Shown here: in pieces, positions 9,473 through 18,470 of the stretch | How positions within the stretch are numbered: the first letter of the stretch is position 1 | Layout: the number at the start of each line of letters is the position of its first letter | Assembly (NCBI GenBank): GCA_049320885.1 | Contig: JBMORA010000054.1 | Span: forward strand, 1 to 55,613 | Origin: Thermodesulfobacteriota bacterium | GTDB lineage: Bacteria > Desulfobacterota > Desulfobacteria > Desulfobacterales > SURF-7 | DNA length: 55,613 nt | Direction of reading: 5' to 3' | The notes under the pieces: generated by a model | What the model was told of the DNA's origin: nothing | Seen by the model: only the letters and a program-made list of their open reading frames with translations | The model's database searches: none | Position numbers and translations under genes: made by a program

Positions 9473-10144
9473 TCAGCTGTAAATGGATCGGAACTGGGGC
9501 CACAAGCGTTGGATCATCCGGTCGTTCATGGTCCGTTGGTTGATGTCCGCATAGCGTTTGGGAATATCCCGGAACGGGCTTTTTTCCGTGACCGATATGG
9601 CCACGGCCGCAGCGAAACCGGTGTTTCTCGGCAGAATGCGCATGCGCATGGCGGCGGCTCCGGCGGTCCAGTATACGCCGTAATCGATGCCGAGGTTGCG
9701 GGCCTGGGAGATCATTCCGTCAATGGCGTAGGCGATGTTGGTCGCCCGGAAAATACAGAGCGGCCCGCGGAAAGCGATTTCCGGATCGTTGGGCAGGCGT
9801 TCTTCCGCTTTCAGGTATTCGCAGACCAGCTTGCCGCACATGTTGCAGTTGATGTCCGCCGGGTCCGAGACGCAGCGCAGGGATGTGGTGATCAGGACCG
9901 CGTCCGCATCCCGGAGCATGGCGGCGTCGCGTTTGAAGAAGTCCCAGCTTTCTTTTATTTCCGCCATTTGCTCCATCTCCTGGCAGAGATCCTCGATATC
10001 ACAGGCATCGTCCAATATGTGGATGGTACACTCCCCTACGCCGCCGACCCGCGGAGAAGTCGTGCCGGAGGCCAGGATCAAGCGGGCCGCGATTCTGGCG
10101 GCATCCTGGCGGTCCTCCTCGAATTGCTTCATGCTTCTTTCCAT
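9473..10144 (-). CDS. DUF2148-type ferredoxin-motif protein (paralogue A)
   Basis: TSPRVGG, FKRDAAMLRDADAVL, NCNMCGKLVC..GPLC and KSPFRD. Confidence 0.7.
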   Translation of the reverse strand: MERSMKQFEEDRQDAARIAARLILASGTTSPRVGGVGECTIHILDDACDIEDLCQEMEQMAEIKESWDFFKRDAAMLRDADAVLITTSLRCVSDPADINCNMCGKLVCEYLKAEERLPNDPEIAFRGPLCIFRATNIAYAIDGMISQARNLGIDYGVYWTAGAAAMRMRILPRNTGFAAAVAISVTEKSPFRDIPKRYADINQRTMNDRMIQRLWPQFRSIYS

Positions 10145-10153
10145 AATCGCCTC

Positions 10154-10567
10154 CTATTCTTTTTCAATGGGAAGGCCATGGGATTTGGCGTGCTCCGGAT
10201 ACATCTCATAGGCCGGTTTGAGCAGCGGCAGCAGTTTCAAAACTTTCGGCATGGGACCTTTGGCCTTAATCAGGCCCTTGGCCAGCGCCACCGGCATGGA
10301 AATATGCTTGAGCCAGAATTTGTGGCAGGTGTCCCCGCTCAGGGTCATCTCGACGGTAGCGGTCTGGCCGATATCGCCCCACAGAACCGCTCCTTTGGTT
10401 CCATCTCCCGGTGTCAGCCAGAGGGCCCCGTCCGGGTTGCTGATGTTGAACTTGATGATGATGTTGGTTTGCACAAACCTGGGCCCCATGATGGGATCTT
10501 CCAACAGTTTCTCGAAGAGTCCTCCCAGTACCGTCTGCATTTTTTCCTTGCTTTCAAAAACTGGCAT
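10154..10567 (-). CDS. Stand-alone SCP2 sterol/lipid-binding domain protein
   Basis: About 137 aa. The pattern VEMTLSGDTCHKFWL...PVALAKGLIKAKGPMPKVLKLLP is typical of SCP2. RBS GGAG precedes ATG 10567. Confidence 0.8.
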   Translation of the reverse strand: MPVFESKEKMQTVLGGLFEKLLEDPIMGPRFVQTNIIIKFNISNPDGALWLTPGDGTKGAVLWGDIGQTATVEMTLSGDTCHKFWLKHISMPVALAKGLIKAKGPMPKVLKLLPLLKPAYEMYPEHAKSHGLPIEKE

Positions 10568-10587
10568 CTCCCCTCTCCTTTCGGTTG

Positions 10588-11199
10588 TTACGGTTGGTCT
10601 TGATAGGATTCCAGTAAACCGATCACCGCCCTGCGCAGCGTGTCCAGCGCCCATCCGGTGGAATGCAGCTCCGGCGCCAGAAACCACCGCGTGGCGATTC
10701 CCTGGTAAACGGCGGAAACGGCTCGGGCCGCCACATCCGCATCGATAGGTTTGAACTGGCCGTCCCGAATACCCTGGTTGATGGCTTCTTTCAGCAGCAC
10801 CAGCCAATTGTTGACCCAGTCGTGGAAGATTTTCCGATATTCCGGGTCATGGACAGCGATGGACATGAAATCAAAGAGCACCGGATATCCCAGAAGGGCG
10901 TCCGGATCATCGGCGTTGTACAGCCAGGTGAAGGACAGAAGTTTGTCCAAGGGGTCTTCGTATTGGGCCATGGTCACCTGGCCGCGGATGAAAATGCGGT
11001 TGAAGAATTCCTCGAAGATCGCGATGAAAAGTTCGTTTTTGGATTTGTAGTAGTGGGCCAGCCCGCCCTTGGAAAGCCCGGCGGACCGGCAGATATCGGC
11101 CATGGTGACATTGGCGCAGCCATTGGCGGCGATGGTCTTCAGGGCGGCCTCCAGGATTTGGGCCTTGCGAATGGCTTCCAGTTCAAGAATCGGGGGCAT
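10588..11199 (-). CDS. TetR/AcrR family regulator (BetI-like C-terminus)
   Basis: RKAQILEAA...VTMADICRSAGLSKGGLAHYYKSK HTH. Confidence 0.93.
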   Translation of the reverse strand: MPPILELEAIRKAQILEAALKTIAANGCANVTMADICRSAGLSKGGLAHYYKSKNELFIAIFEEFFNRIFIRGQVTMAQYEDPLDKLLSFTWLYNADDPDALLGYPVLFDFMSIAVHDPEYRKIFHDWVNNWLVLLKEAINQGIRDGQFKPIDADVAARAVSAVYQGIATRWFLAPELHSTGWALDTLRRAVIGLLESYQDQP

Positions 11200-11342
11200 G
11201 CCTGATCTCCGGTGGCAACGGTGTCGCATCCGAATGGGACGTCACCAAAGGTTATGTTTCATATCCCAAACGACGTTCTGTCCGCGCAGGTAATATGCAG
11301 CGCCGAAACGGCGCTAGAAAAACCGACTCATTGGTCTGATGT

Positions 11343-11391
11343 CCGACCGAGCGGTCGGTCTATATCTATGAAAGCGCGAAGCCATTGTCAA
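11343..11391 (-). promoter_or_regulatory. Sigma70 promoter (TTGACA-17-TAGATA) followed by palindromic operator CCGACCG-ag-CGGTCGG
   Basis: -35 at 11386-11391, -10 at 11363-11368, inverted repeat at 11343-11358. A related degenerate site lies at about 11323-11338. Confidence 0.65.
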
Positions 11392-11784
11392 GTTTTTTTT
11401 ATTTATTAGTATAACTATCTGAATAGTTATGTTGTAACAAACATATCGCTTCCGGGTCCTTTGCAAACTTGCCGGGTGCCGCGGAACAATATCCGTGCAC
11501 GATTTCGGTATTGGATATTCGGTTGCGGTCATGATATGGATTAATCATCACCATCGGTTCCATCAAGCGATTGGGGCTTGCGGTCGGAAAGGACGCCTAC
11601 GCGATGATCAAGGCTTCGAGCGTGATGATCGCCGTGGATTGACATCATGGCGTCCGGAAGCGGGCAAGCAATGAGAAGGGATTGAGCCGCGGCTTCCCGG
11701 CATCGAATCCCGATGCCGGTGGACCGGTCCCGGGAATTCGGGCAGCTGTCGGCTGCCGTTTTGTGACGAAAATGAGGAGGGTTT

Positions 11785-12333
11785 ATGAATCAATGGCGTC
11801 TTCTCTGGCTGGGCATGGTCTTGTTGGCGGTGTCCACGGTCCATGCCCAGGAATTCACCCTGACGAGCAGCGATGTCAGTGGTCAGCTGACGGACAATCA
11901 GGTTTTTTCCGGATTCGGCTGTTCGGGGAAAAACGTGTCGCCGCATTTGCAATGGCAACAGGTGCCGAAGGGAGCCAAAAGTTTCGCCGTGACGGCGTAC
12001 GATCCGGACGCTCCCACCGGCAGCGGCTGGTGGCACTGGATTATTTTCGATATCCCCAAGGATACTCGTCAGCTGGTCACCGGCGCCGGGAATCTTGAAA
12101 AAAAATTGGCGCCGAAAACGAGCATTCAAAGTCGCACCGATTTCGGCCCGCCCGGCTACGGAGGCGCCTGCCCCCCTCCGGGTGACAAACCCCATGCCTA
12201 TATTTTCACCGTATTCGCCCTCGACGTGGAAAAACTGGGGCTGGATGCCGATGCGTCGCCCGCCCTGGTGGGCTTCACCATCAACCGGCATGCCATCGCC
12301 AAGGCATCCATCATCGCTTATTATTCACGATAA
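11785..12333 (+). CDS. ybcL: YbhB/YbcL (PEBP/Raf-kinase-inhibitor-like) periplasmic protein
   Basis: Signal peptide, GFGCSGKNVSP, YDPDAPTGSGWWHW, GYGGACPPPG. Confidence 0.92.
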   Translation: MNQWRLLWLGMVLLAVSTVHAQEFTLTSSDVSGQLTDNQVFSGFGCSGKNVSPHLQWQQVPKGAKSFAVTAYDPDAPTGSGWWHWIIFDIPKDTRQLVTGAGNLEKKLAPKTSIQSRTDFGPPGYGGACPPPGDKPHAYIFTVFALDVEKLGLDADASPALVGFTINRHAIAKASIIAYYSR

Positions 12334-13338
12334 GTTGAGTCGGGGGGCGCTGCGGGAATAAACGTCATCGGACATGGCGGCCCGGCGGCCGGCTTTCAGG
12401 TGGTGAAAGCCGGCTGTGGCGATCATGGCGGCGTTGTCGCCGCACAAGCTCTTTTCCGGTATATGGGCGAAAAGGCCTTCCGTGATCGACAGGTCCCGGA
12501 TTTTTTTCCGCAGACGTTGATTCGCCGCGACGCCGCCGGCGATGGCGATATGGTTGCAATTCTTCACCCTGGCGGCCTGGACGAGTTTGAAGCACAGCAC
12601 TTCCACGATGGCTTCCTGGAATCCGGCGGCGATGTCGTTGATTTGGTCGCGGTAACTGTCCCGGTGAGTGTGAATATAGCGACTGACGGCGCTTTTCAGT
12701 CCGCTGAAGCTGAAATCAAAGGCGGATTTATCCAGGTACGGCCGCGGAAACAGGATGGCGGAGGGGTTCCCCCGGGCCGCCAGTTCATCGATGACATGGC
12801 CGCCCGGATATCCCAGATCCAGCATTTTGGCCACTTTGTCGTATGCCTCGCCGGCGGCGTCGTCACGGGTCTGGCCCATCAGCGCAAACTCCGTGTGCGA
12901 TGCAACGTGGTATAGGCCGGTGTGGCCTCCGGAAGCAAGCAGCACCACAAACGGAAAAGGGGGCGGATCGGATGAGAGAAAAAGCGCCTGGATATGTCCT
13001 TCCAGATGATCGATCCCCACCCATGGGATATCCAGCGCATAGGCCAGCCCTTTGGCAAAGGTGAACCCCACCAGCAGGGAGCCGATCAGGCCGGGCCCCT
13101 GGGTGACAGCCAGGGCCTGGAGCTGGTCGAGACGCAGACCGGCGCTGTTAACTGCCTCCTCCGCAACCGGAACGATGGCTTCGATATGTTTACGGGAGGC
13201 CAGCTCCGGCACGACCCCCCCGTAGGGATGGTGCAGGGCCGCTTGGGAGGAGACAACGGAAGACAGAACGGTCCGACCGTCCTTGACTACTGCCGCGGCC
13301 GTCTCATCGCAGGATGATTCAATGCCGAGTATGATCAT
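12325..13338 (-). CDS. tsaD: tRNA N6-threonylcarbamoyladenosine transferase TsaD
   Basis: LGIESSCDETAAA, GGVVPELASRKH, HLEGH, TRDDAAGEAYDKVAK, CGDNAAMI. Confidence 0.98.
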   Translation of the reverse strand: MIILGIESSCDETAAAVVKDGRTVLSSVVSSQAALHHPYGGVVPELASRKHIEAIVPVAEEAVNSAGLRLDQLQALAVTQGPGLIGSLLVGFTFAKGLAYALDIPWVGIDHLEGHIQALFLSSDPPPFPFVVLLASGGHTGLYHVASHTEFALMGQTRDDAAGEAYDKVAKMLDLGYPGGHVIDELAARGNPSAILFPRPYLDKSAFDFSFSGLKSAVSRYIHTHRDSYRDQINDIAAGFQEAIVEVLCFKLVQAARVKNCNHIAIAGGVAANQRLRKKIRDLSITEGLFAHIPEKSLCGDNAAMIATAGFHHLKAGRRAAMSDDVYSRSAPRLNLS

Positions 13339-13359
13339 GTTCCGGGATGGGGATACGCT

Positions 13360-14418
13360 TCAACATGTCGCCGATTTCAGCCATTTGAACTGTGTTTTGG
13401 AGGTTTTTCTCTCCACCACCTGGCCGATGACAGAAGCGGATTCCCCCATGCCGGTCAGTCGTTCGATGACGTCCTGGGCCGACTCTTCCGGCACCACGGC
13501 GATCATACCGATGCCGTTGTTGAAGGTCCTCAGCATCTCCGTTTCCGAAACCTTGCCGGCTTGTTGCAGAAAATCGAAAACCGGCGGAACCTTCCAGGAA
13601 CCTTTTTCGACTTCCACTTTGCAGGACTGGGGGATGATACGGACGATGTTGTCCGGAATCCCGCCGCCGGTGATGTGGGCCAGGCCGTGGATCGGAAGGA
13701 CTTTGATCAGGCGCAGGATCATTTCCGAATAGATCTTCGTCGGCTCCAGCAATTCCTCGCCCAGGGTGCGGCCCAGTTCGGGAACGTATTGGTCGATCTT
13801 CAGATTGAGTTTTTCAAAGCAGATTTTTCTGACCAGGGAATACCCGTTGCTGTGGATGCCGCTGGAACCAATCCCGATCAGTTTGTGGCCCACGCGGATT
13901 TCGGAGCCGTCGATGATTTTGCTGTTGTCGACGATACCGACGGCAAAACCGGCCAGATCATATTCTCCGTCGCTGTACATCCCCGGCATTTCGGCGGTTT
14001 CTCCGCCGATCAGGGCGCAATTGGCGCGGCGACAGCCTTCGGCGATTCCCCGGATGACCGCCGTGGCGATATCGGTATCCAGTTTTCCGACAGAATAATA
14101 ATCGAGGAAGAATAGGGGTTTGGCTCCCTGAACCGCCACGTCGTTCACGCACATGGCCACCAGGTCGATACCGATGGTGTCATGCTTGTTCATCAGGCAG
14201 GCGATTTTCAGCTTGGTGCCCACGCCGTCCGTGGAACTGACCAGCACCGGACGCTCGAGGTTGGCCAGGTTCAGTGAAAACAGGCCGCCGAATCCGCCGA
14301 TCTCTCCCATCACACCGGATCGGGGGGTTTTCTCAGCGATCTCCTTGATGGTTTTTACAAAACTGTTCGCTTTGTCGATATCCACACCAGCATCTGCGTA
14401 ACTCAGCGGTTCGCTCAT
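13360..14418 (-). CDS. purM: Phosphoribosylformylglycinamidine cyclo-ligase
   Basis: YADAGVDI, STDGVGTKL, GGETAEMPG, HSNGYSLVRK, AHITGGG. Confidence 0.98.
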   Translation of the reverse strand: MSEPLSYADAGVDIDKANSFVKTIKEIAEKTPRSGVMGEIGGFGGLFSLNLANLERPVLVSSTDGVGTKLKIACLMNKHDTIGIDLVAMCVNDVAVQGAKPLFFLDYYSVGKLDTDIATAVIRGIAEGCRRANCALIGGETAEMPGMYSDGEYDLAGFAVGIVDNSKIIDGSEIRVGHKLIGIGSSGIHSNGYSLVRKICFEKLNLKIDQYVPELGRTLGEELLEPTKIYSEMILRLIKVLPIHGLAHITGGGIPDNIVRIIPQSCKVEVEKGSWKVPPVFDFLQQAGKVSETEMLRTFNNGIGMIAVVPEESAQDVIERLTGMGESASVIGQVVERKTSKTQFKWLKSATC

Positions 14419-14797
14419 AATATCTCCCATTTTTCCCGTGAAACAAGGCGGCGGTCCATTCATAACTGCCCGATTCTCCACCATACTCTATGGCCGGTCG
14501 GCGTTTCCGTCAGGATCTTTCGTGTTGAATTCGGAAGAAACCTGAGACATTGTGACCCGGGACATTATGAATGGATACTGCACTGAAAACGGACAAAAAA
14601 TTAAAACGATTCGCCGGAAATGTCAAAACAATTATTTTGCCTTGCGGGTTTGCCAGGACCGGGCGGTTTTTGCGTTATCTCCTGCGTGACGGGTGCCCTT
14701 GAGCTTGCCTTTTTGGGAAAAATAAGGGAAGATGACCACAAAACCGTCGGAATCGGATTGGAACAAAAAAACATTGTGTTTACGAAGGGATGACGAG

Positions 14798-16114
14798 ATG
14801 AGAGACATCTGTATCGGACTTCTCGGATGCGGAACGGTCGGGACGGGAGTGGCAAAACTATTGCTCGAGAACAGGGAACTGATCCGTTCCAGGCTGGGTG
14901 CTTACCTCAATTTAAAACTGGTCGCCGATATCGATACCCAGACGGATCGCGGTGTCCGGTTCGACGACGGCGTTTTTATCACGGACGGGAATCGGGTGGT
15001 GAATGATCCGGACATTGACATCGTGGTCGAGATGATAGGAGGCGAAACGATTGCCAAGAAATTCATTCTTCAGGCCATAGAAAACGGCAAACACGTCGTT
15101 ACGGCCAACAAGAAGTTGCTGGCGGCCCAGGGGAACCTCATCATCGACGCTGCGAACCAAAAGGGAGTGGATATCGGCTTCGAAGCCAGCGTGGGCGGAT
15201 GCATGCCGATTATCAAAACCATGCGCGAGGCCCTGGTGGGAAACCACATTCAATCCATGGTGGGCATTTTAAACGGCACCTGCAACTACATTCTCACCAA
15301 AATAACGGATACTGGCATGGCCTTCGAGGAGGCCTTGGCCGAAGCCCAGGCCAATGGATTCGCGGAGGCGGATCCATCCTTGGATGTGGATGGTCACGAT
15401 ACGGCCCATAAACTGGCGATTCTGACGGCCCTGGCGTATGGAATGAAAATCAATCTCAATGACATCTACCTGGAAGGCATTTCCAGGATCACGCCCATGG
15501 ACATCCAGTTCGCCGGGGAGTGCGGTTATCGCATCAAGCTCCTGGCCATCAGTAAGCTGGCCGGCGACGCCGTTGAGGCGCGGGTTCATCCGGCCATGAT
15601 TCCGGTGGATAACATGCTGGCCCATGTAAATGAGTCCTTGAACGCCATCACGGTTTGCGGGGACGCGGTGGGTGAGATTCTCCTTTACGGTCGCGGGGCG
15701 GGCAAGATGCCCACGGCCAGCGCGGTTATCAGCGATCTGGTGGATATCGCCCGCAATCACCTGTTGGGAGTCCGTAACCGCATACCGGTTCTTTCCTACC
15801 AGCCGAATCAGATCCGGTCGCTATCCGTTCGGCCCATCGACCAGATCCGCACCCATTATTATTTCCGGTTTTCCGCCGCGGATCATCCCGGCGTGCTGTC
15901 CCGTATCGCCGGGATTCTGGGGGATTGCGGCATCAGTATACAATCGGTTCATCAGAAAGGCCGAAAATTCAGGGGTGCGGTGCCCATTGTGATGCTGACC
16001 CACCAGGCAAGGGAGGCAGATATCCGCAAGGCGTTGGACAGGATCAAGGCCCTGGACGTGATCAAGGATGAGCCGGTGCTCATCCGGATCGAGGGGGAAG
16101 ATGAGGAGGAGTGA
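14798..16114 (+). CDS. hom: Homoserine dehydrogenase with C-terminal ACT domain
   Basis: GCGTVGTGV, VVTANK, FEASVGG, NGTCNYIL, GRGAGKMPTASAV and an ACT domain. Confidence 0.97.
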   Translation: MRDICIGLLGCGTVGTGVAKLLLENRELIRSRLGAYLNLKLVADIDTQTDRGVRFDDGVFITDGNRVVNDPDIDIVVEMIGGETIAKKFILQAIENGKHVVTANKKLLAAQGNLIIDAANQKGVDIGFEASVGGCMPIIKTMREALVGNHIQSMVGILNGTCNYILTKITDTGMAFEEALAEAQANGFAEADPSLDVDGHDTAHKLAILTALAYGMKINLNDIYLEGISRITPMDIQFAGECGYRIKLLAISKLAGDAVEARVHPAMIPVDNMLAHVNESLNAITVCGDAVGEILLYGRGAGKMPTASAVISDLVDIARNHLLGVRNRIPVLSYQPNQIRSLSVRPIDQIRTHYYFRFSAADHPGVLSRIAGILGDCGISIQSVHQKGRKFRGAVPIVMLTHQAREADIRKALDRIKALDVIKDEPVLIRIEGEDEEE

Positions 16115-16163
16115 GCGGCGAGCGGAAGCCCCGGCCGCCGGGAAAAACGAAAAAATCAAAGCG

Positions 16164-16194
16164 GAAAGCTAAAGGCTGAAAGAAGACAGAAGAG
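16164..16194 (+). repeat. Degenerate heptamer tandem (gaaagct aaaggct / agaagac agaagag)
   Basis: 7-nt periodicity in the hom-thrH spacer. Confidence 0.4.
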
Positions 16195-16199
16195 GTGAC

Positions 16200-16805
16200 A
16201 TGAATATCATTTGTTCGGATCTGGAAGGCGTTTTCGTGCCGGAAATCTGGATCAACGTGGCGTTCAAGACAGGCATCGAGGAACTGAAACTGACCACCCG
16301 GGACATTTCCGATTACGACGTGCTGATGAAAAGGCGGCTGGCGATATTGAAGCAGCATGGGTTGAAGATAACCGATATCACCGCCGTCATCAGCACCATG
16401 GACCCGCTCCCGGGAGCCCGCGAGTTGCTGGACTGGATCCGGGAACGCAGCCAGATCATCGTGGTTTCCGACACGTTCACCCAGTTCGCCGGTCCGCTGA
16501 TGAAAAAACTCGGCTGGCCGACCCTGTTCTGCCATACCCTCTCCATCGCGGCCGATGGATCCATCGATGGATACAATCTGCGGCAGCCGGAAGGCAAGAA
16601 AAAGACGGTCCAGGCCCTGCAGGGCCTGAACTACCGGGTGGTCGCTTTCGGCGATTCTTACAATGATGTTGGCATGTTGCAGCAGGCGGATGTGGGGATT
16701 CTCTTCCGGCCGCCGGAGAATGTCATCCGGGATTATCCCCAATTTCCTGTAACCGAAGAATATGGGAGCCTCAAGGGACTGCTGCGGAAAGAGCTGGAAA
16801 GATAG
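16200..16805 (+). CDS. thrH: Phosphoserine phosphatase/homoserine phosphotransferase ThrH
   Basis: DLEGVFVPEIW, TTRDISDYDVLM, GDSYND HAD motifs. Confidence 0.95.
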   Translation: MNIICSDLEGVFVPEIWINVAFKTGIEELKLTTRDISDYDVLMKRRLAILKQHGLKITDITAVISTMDPLPGARELLDWIRERSQIIVVSDTFTQFAGPLMKKLGWPTLFCHTLSIAADGSIDGYNLRQPEGKKKTVQALQGLNYRVVAFGDSYNDVGMLQQADVGILFRPPENVIRDYPQFPVTEEYGSLKGLLRKELER

Positions 16806-16890
16806 CCGAAAGGCGGGAAATTCCCTTCCAACCCGTTCAGGGGGACGGAACCCGCGGACAGGGAAGAACGGATAGCGTTTGGAAGGTCGG

Positions 16891-17217
16891 ATGATCACCC
16901 AGCAAGAACAGAGCTTGTCCCTGGTGTTCAAGATCGTGGTTCAACCGCGTGCTTCCCGGACCGAAATCGCCGGAGTGCATGCTGGTGCCTTCAAACTGCG
17001 GTTGACCGCCCCGCCAGTGGATGGCGCCGCCAATAAGATGTGTTTGAAATTTCTGTCCAAATGGCTGGACATCCCCAGGTCGGCGATGGCGATTGTCAGC
17101 GGTGAAACATCCCGCAACAAGACCATCCGGATCCAATTCGCCGATCGAAAATCCTATGAGGCGGAATGTCGCCGGTTGGGGACGATTTTCAGCCGGGTTT
17201 CCGATATTCATGCTTGA
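16891..17217 (+). CDS. DUF167/YggU family protein
   Basis: VQPRASR, LTAPPVDGAAN, VSGETSRNK. Confidence 0.9.
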   Translation: MITQQEQSLSLVFKIVVQPRASRTEIAGVHAGAFKLRLTAPPVDGAANKMCLKFLSKWLDIPRSAMAIVSGETSRNKTIRIQFADRKSYEAECRRLGTIFSRVSDIHA

Positions 17218-17242
17218 CAAGATTGGATGGCGTGGGTATATA
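17214..17242 (+). promoter_or_regulatory. Sigma70 promoter of tRNA-Met
   Basis: TTGACA-17 bp-TATATA. Confidence 0.7.
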
Positions 17243-17255
17243 CATAATTCTTTGT

Positions 17256-17332
<77 letters not shown>

Positions 17333-17343
17333 TCTAATAAATC

Positions 17344-17376
17344 AAGGGGTCAGGTTGAAAAACCTGACCCCTTTTT
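17344..17376 (+). terminator. Rho-independent terminator after tRNA-Met
   Basis: aaggggtcaggtt-gaaa-aacctgacccc followed by a T run. Confidence 0.85.
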
Positions 17377-17547
17377 CTATTGTTTATGACGCTTAAGTTC
17401 TGCGGAAATCGATGTTGATGGGGAAAATAATGAACAACAAGCAGATACGTTTTCCGAGGTCTGCCACGTTGTAATGAAAAAAATGTTTCGTTTTTTTGTG
17501 GAATTCCGTCCAGGCGGCGGCGCGATGAACCCGTCTTTCCTGTTGGT

Positions 17548-17584
17548 AAAAAAGGCGGGGCCTGTCTCCGGCCCCGCCTTTTGT
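17548..17584. terminator. Intrinsic (likely bidirectional) terminator downstream of the PEP-CTERM gene
   Basis: aaaaaaggcggggcc-tgtctcc-ggccccgcctttt. Confidence 0.8.
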
Positions 17585-17605
17585 TACATCTCTTCGTGAA
17601 GAATT

Positions 17606-18271
17606 TTACTTGCGGATTTTTTTTCTGGAGATACCAGCAATTCCCAATAAACCGGACCCGATCAGGAATATTGTGGCTGGCTCCGGAACAGGAGCTGCGC
17701 CGGTAACATTCTGGATTGTCGGATCAACGATTGGGTCATTCGGCAATCCGGAGCCAGAATTATCCTCAACTGGTTCGATAATTTCAACGGGTGCAACGTA
17801 AAAATCGAAATCAACGTTAAAATATGAGGCCTTTGTGACGCTGAGGCCAAGCCAATTAAAGCGTACGGTATCGTCGTCGAAGAACAAACGGGAAGCGGTA
17901 TCCCATCCGACGATATTGGTGTCGATGGTTACGCCGGTCAGTGCTCCGTCTGTGCTGTCATCAATTCCGTCGATCTCGAGGCCGTTAAAAGTCGCACCGG
18001 CGTCGGTCGCGAAAGCAAAGCTTCTCAAGAAGGTAAAAATCACGTTTTCACTTTCCAGATTAGCCGAATAATAGTTGCCAAAAAAGAGTTGGGTATCGCT
18101 CGTGCCCTCAGCAACCGTCACCCCGTATGAGGCGCCGCCAAAAACTTGGCCGACATTGGGACGATAATGATTTAAGATGACCGAGTCGCCGATCAATGTC
18201 GTATGGCCCGTTCCTGCGAAGTTTAACAATACTACAGCGGTAATTAAGGCGAAAAGTGTTATTTTTTTCAT
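17606..18271 (-). CDS. PEP-CTERM sorting-domain protein
   Basis: Signal peptide MKKITLF. C-terminal VPEPATIFLIGSGLLGIAGISRKK. Confidence 0.93.
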   Translation of the reverse strand: MKKITLFALITAVVLLNFAGTGHTTLIGDSVILNHYRPNVGQVFGGASYGVTVAEGTSDTQLFFGNYYSANLESENVIFTFLRSFAFATDAGATFNGLEIDGIDDSTDGALTGVTIDTNIVGWDTASRLFFDDDTVRFNWLGLSVTKASYFNVDFDFYVAPVEIIEPVEDNSGSGLPNDPIVDPTIQNVTGAAPVPEPATIFLIGSGLLGIAGISRKKIRK

Positions 18272-18454
18272 ATCATACCTCCCATCAACCTGTTTTGTTA
18301 CGTTAGACACCGTTTTTGACAATCTTGTTATCAAACATTCCGTATTAATTTGCTACAACCTGTGTTTTGTTACTTTGTTTTTTCTCTCCTTTAATGGATG
18401 GGTATTACCAACCCCACCGGCTTCGCTTCCCTGGCTTCGTTGTCGATATGATAT

Positions 18455-18470
18455 AGCATATTTCAGGCCA
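18455..18470 (-). promoter_or_regulatory. Sigma54 (-24/-12) promoter of the PEP-CTERM gene
   Basis: Minus strand TGGCCT-GAAAT-ATGCT has correct GG/GC spacing. The upstream region is AT-rich. Confidence 0.6.

Noticed and set aside
16803..16870. gccgaaaggc...ggggacggaaccc resembling a c-di-GMP riboswitch
   Set aside because: The elements are wrongly spaced, there is no GGCAAAC arm, and I could not build the pairing.
17333..17600. Prophage or integrative element at tRNA-Met (or at tRNA-Phe, 54133)
   Set aside because: No integrase, and I found no duplicated tRNA 3' end in the window.
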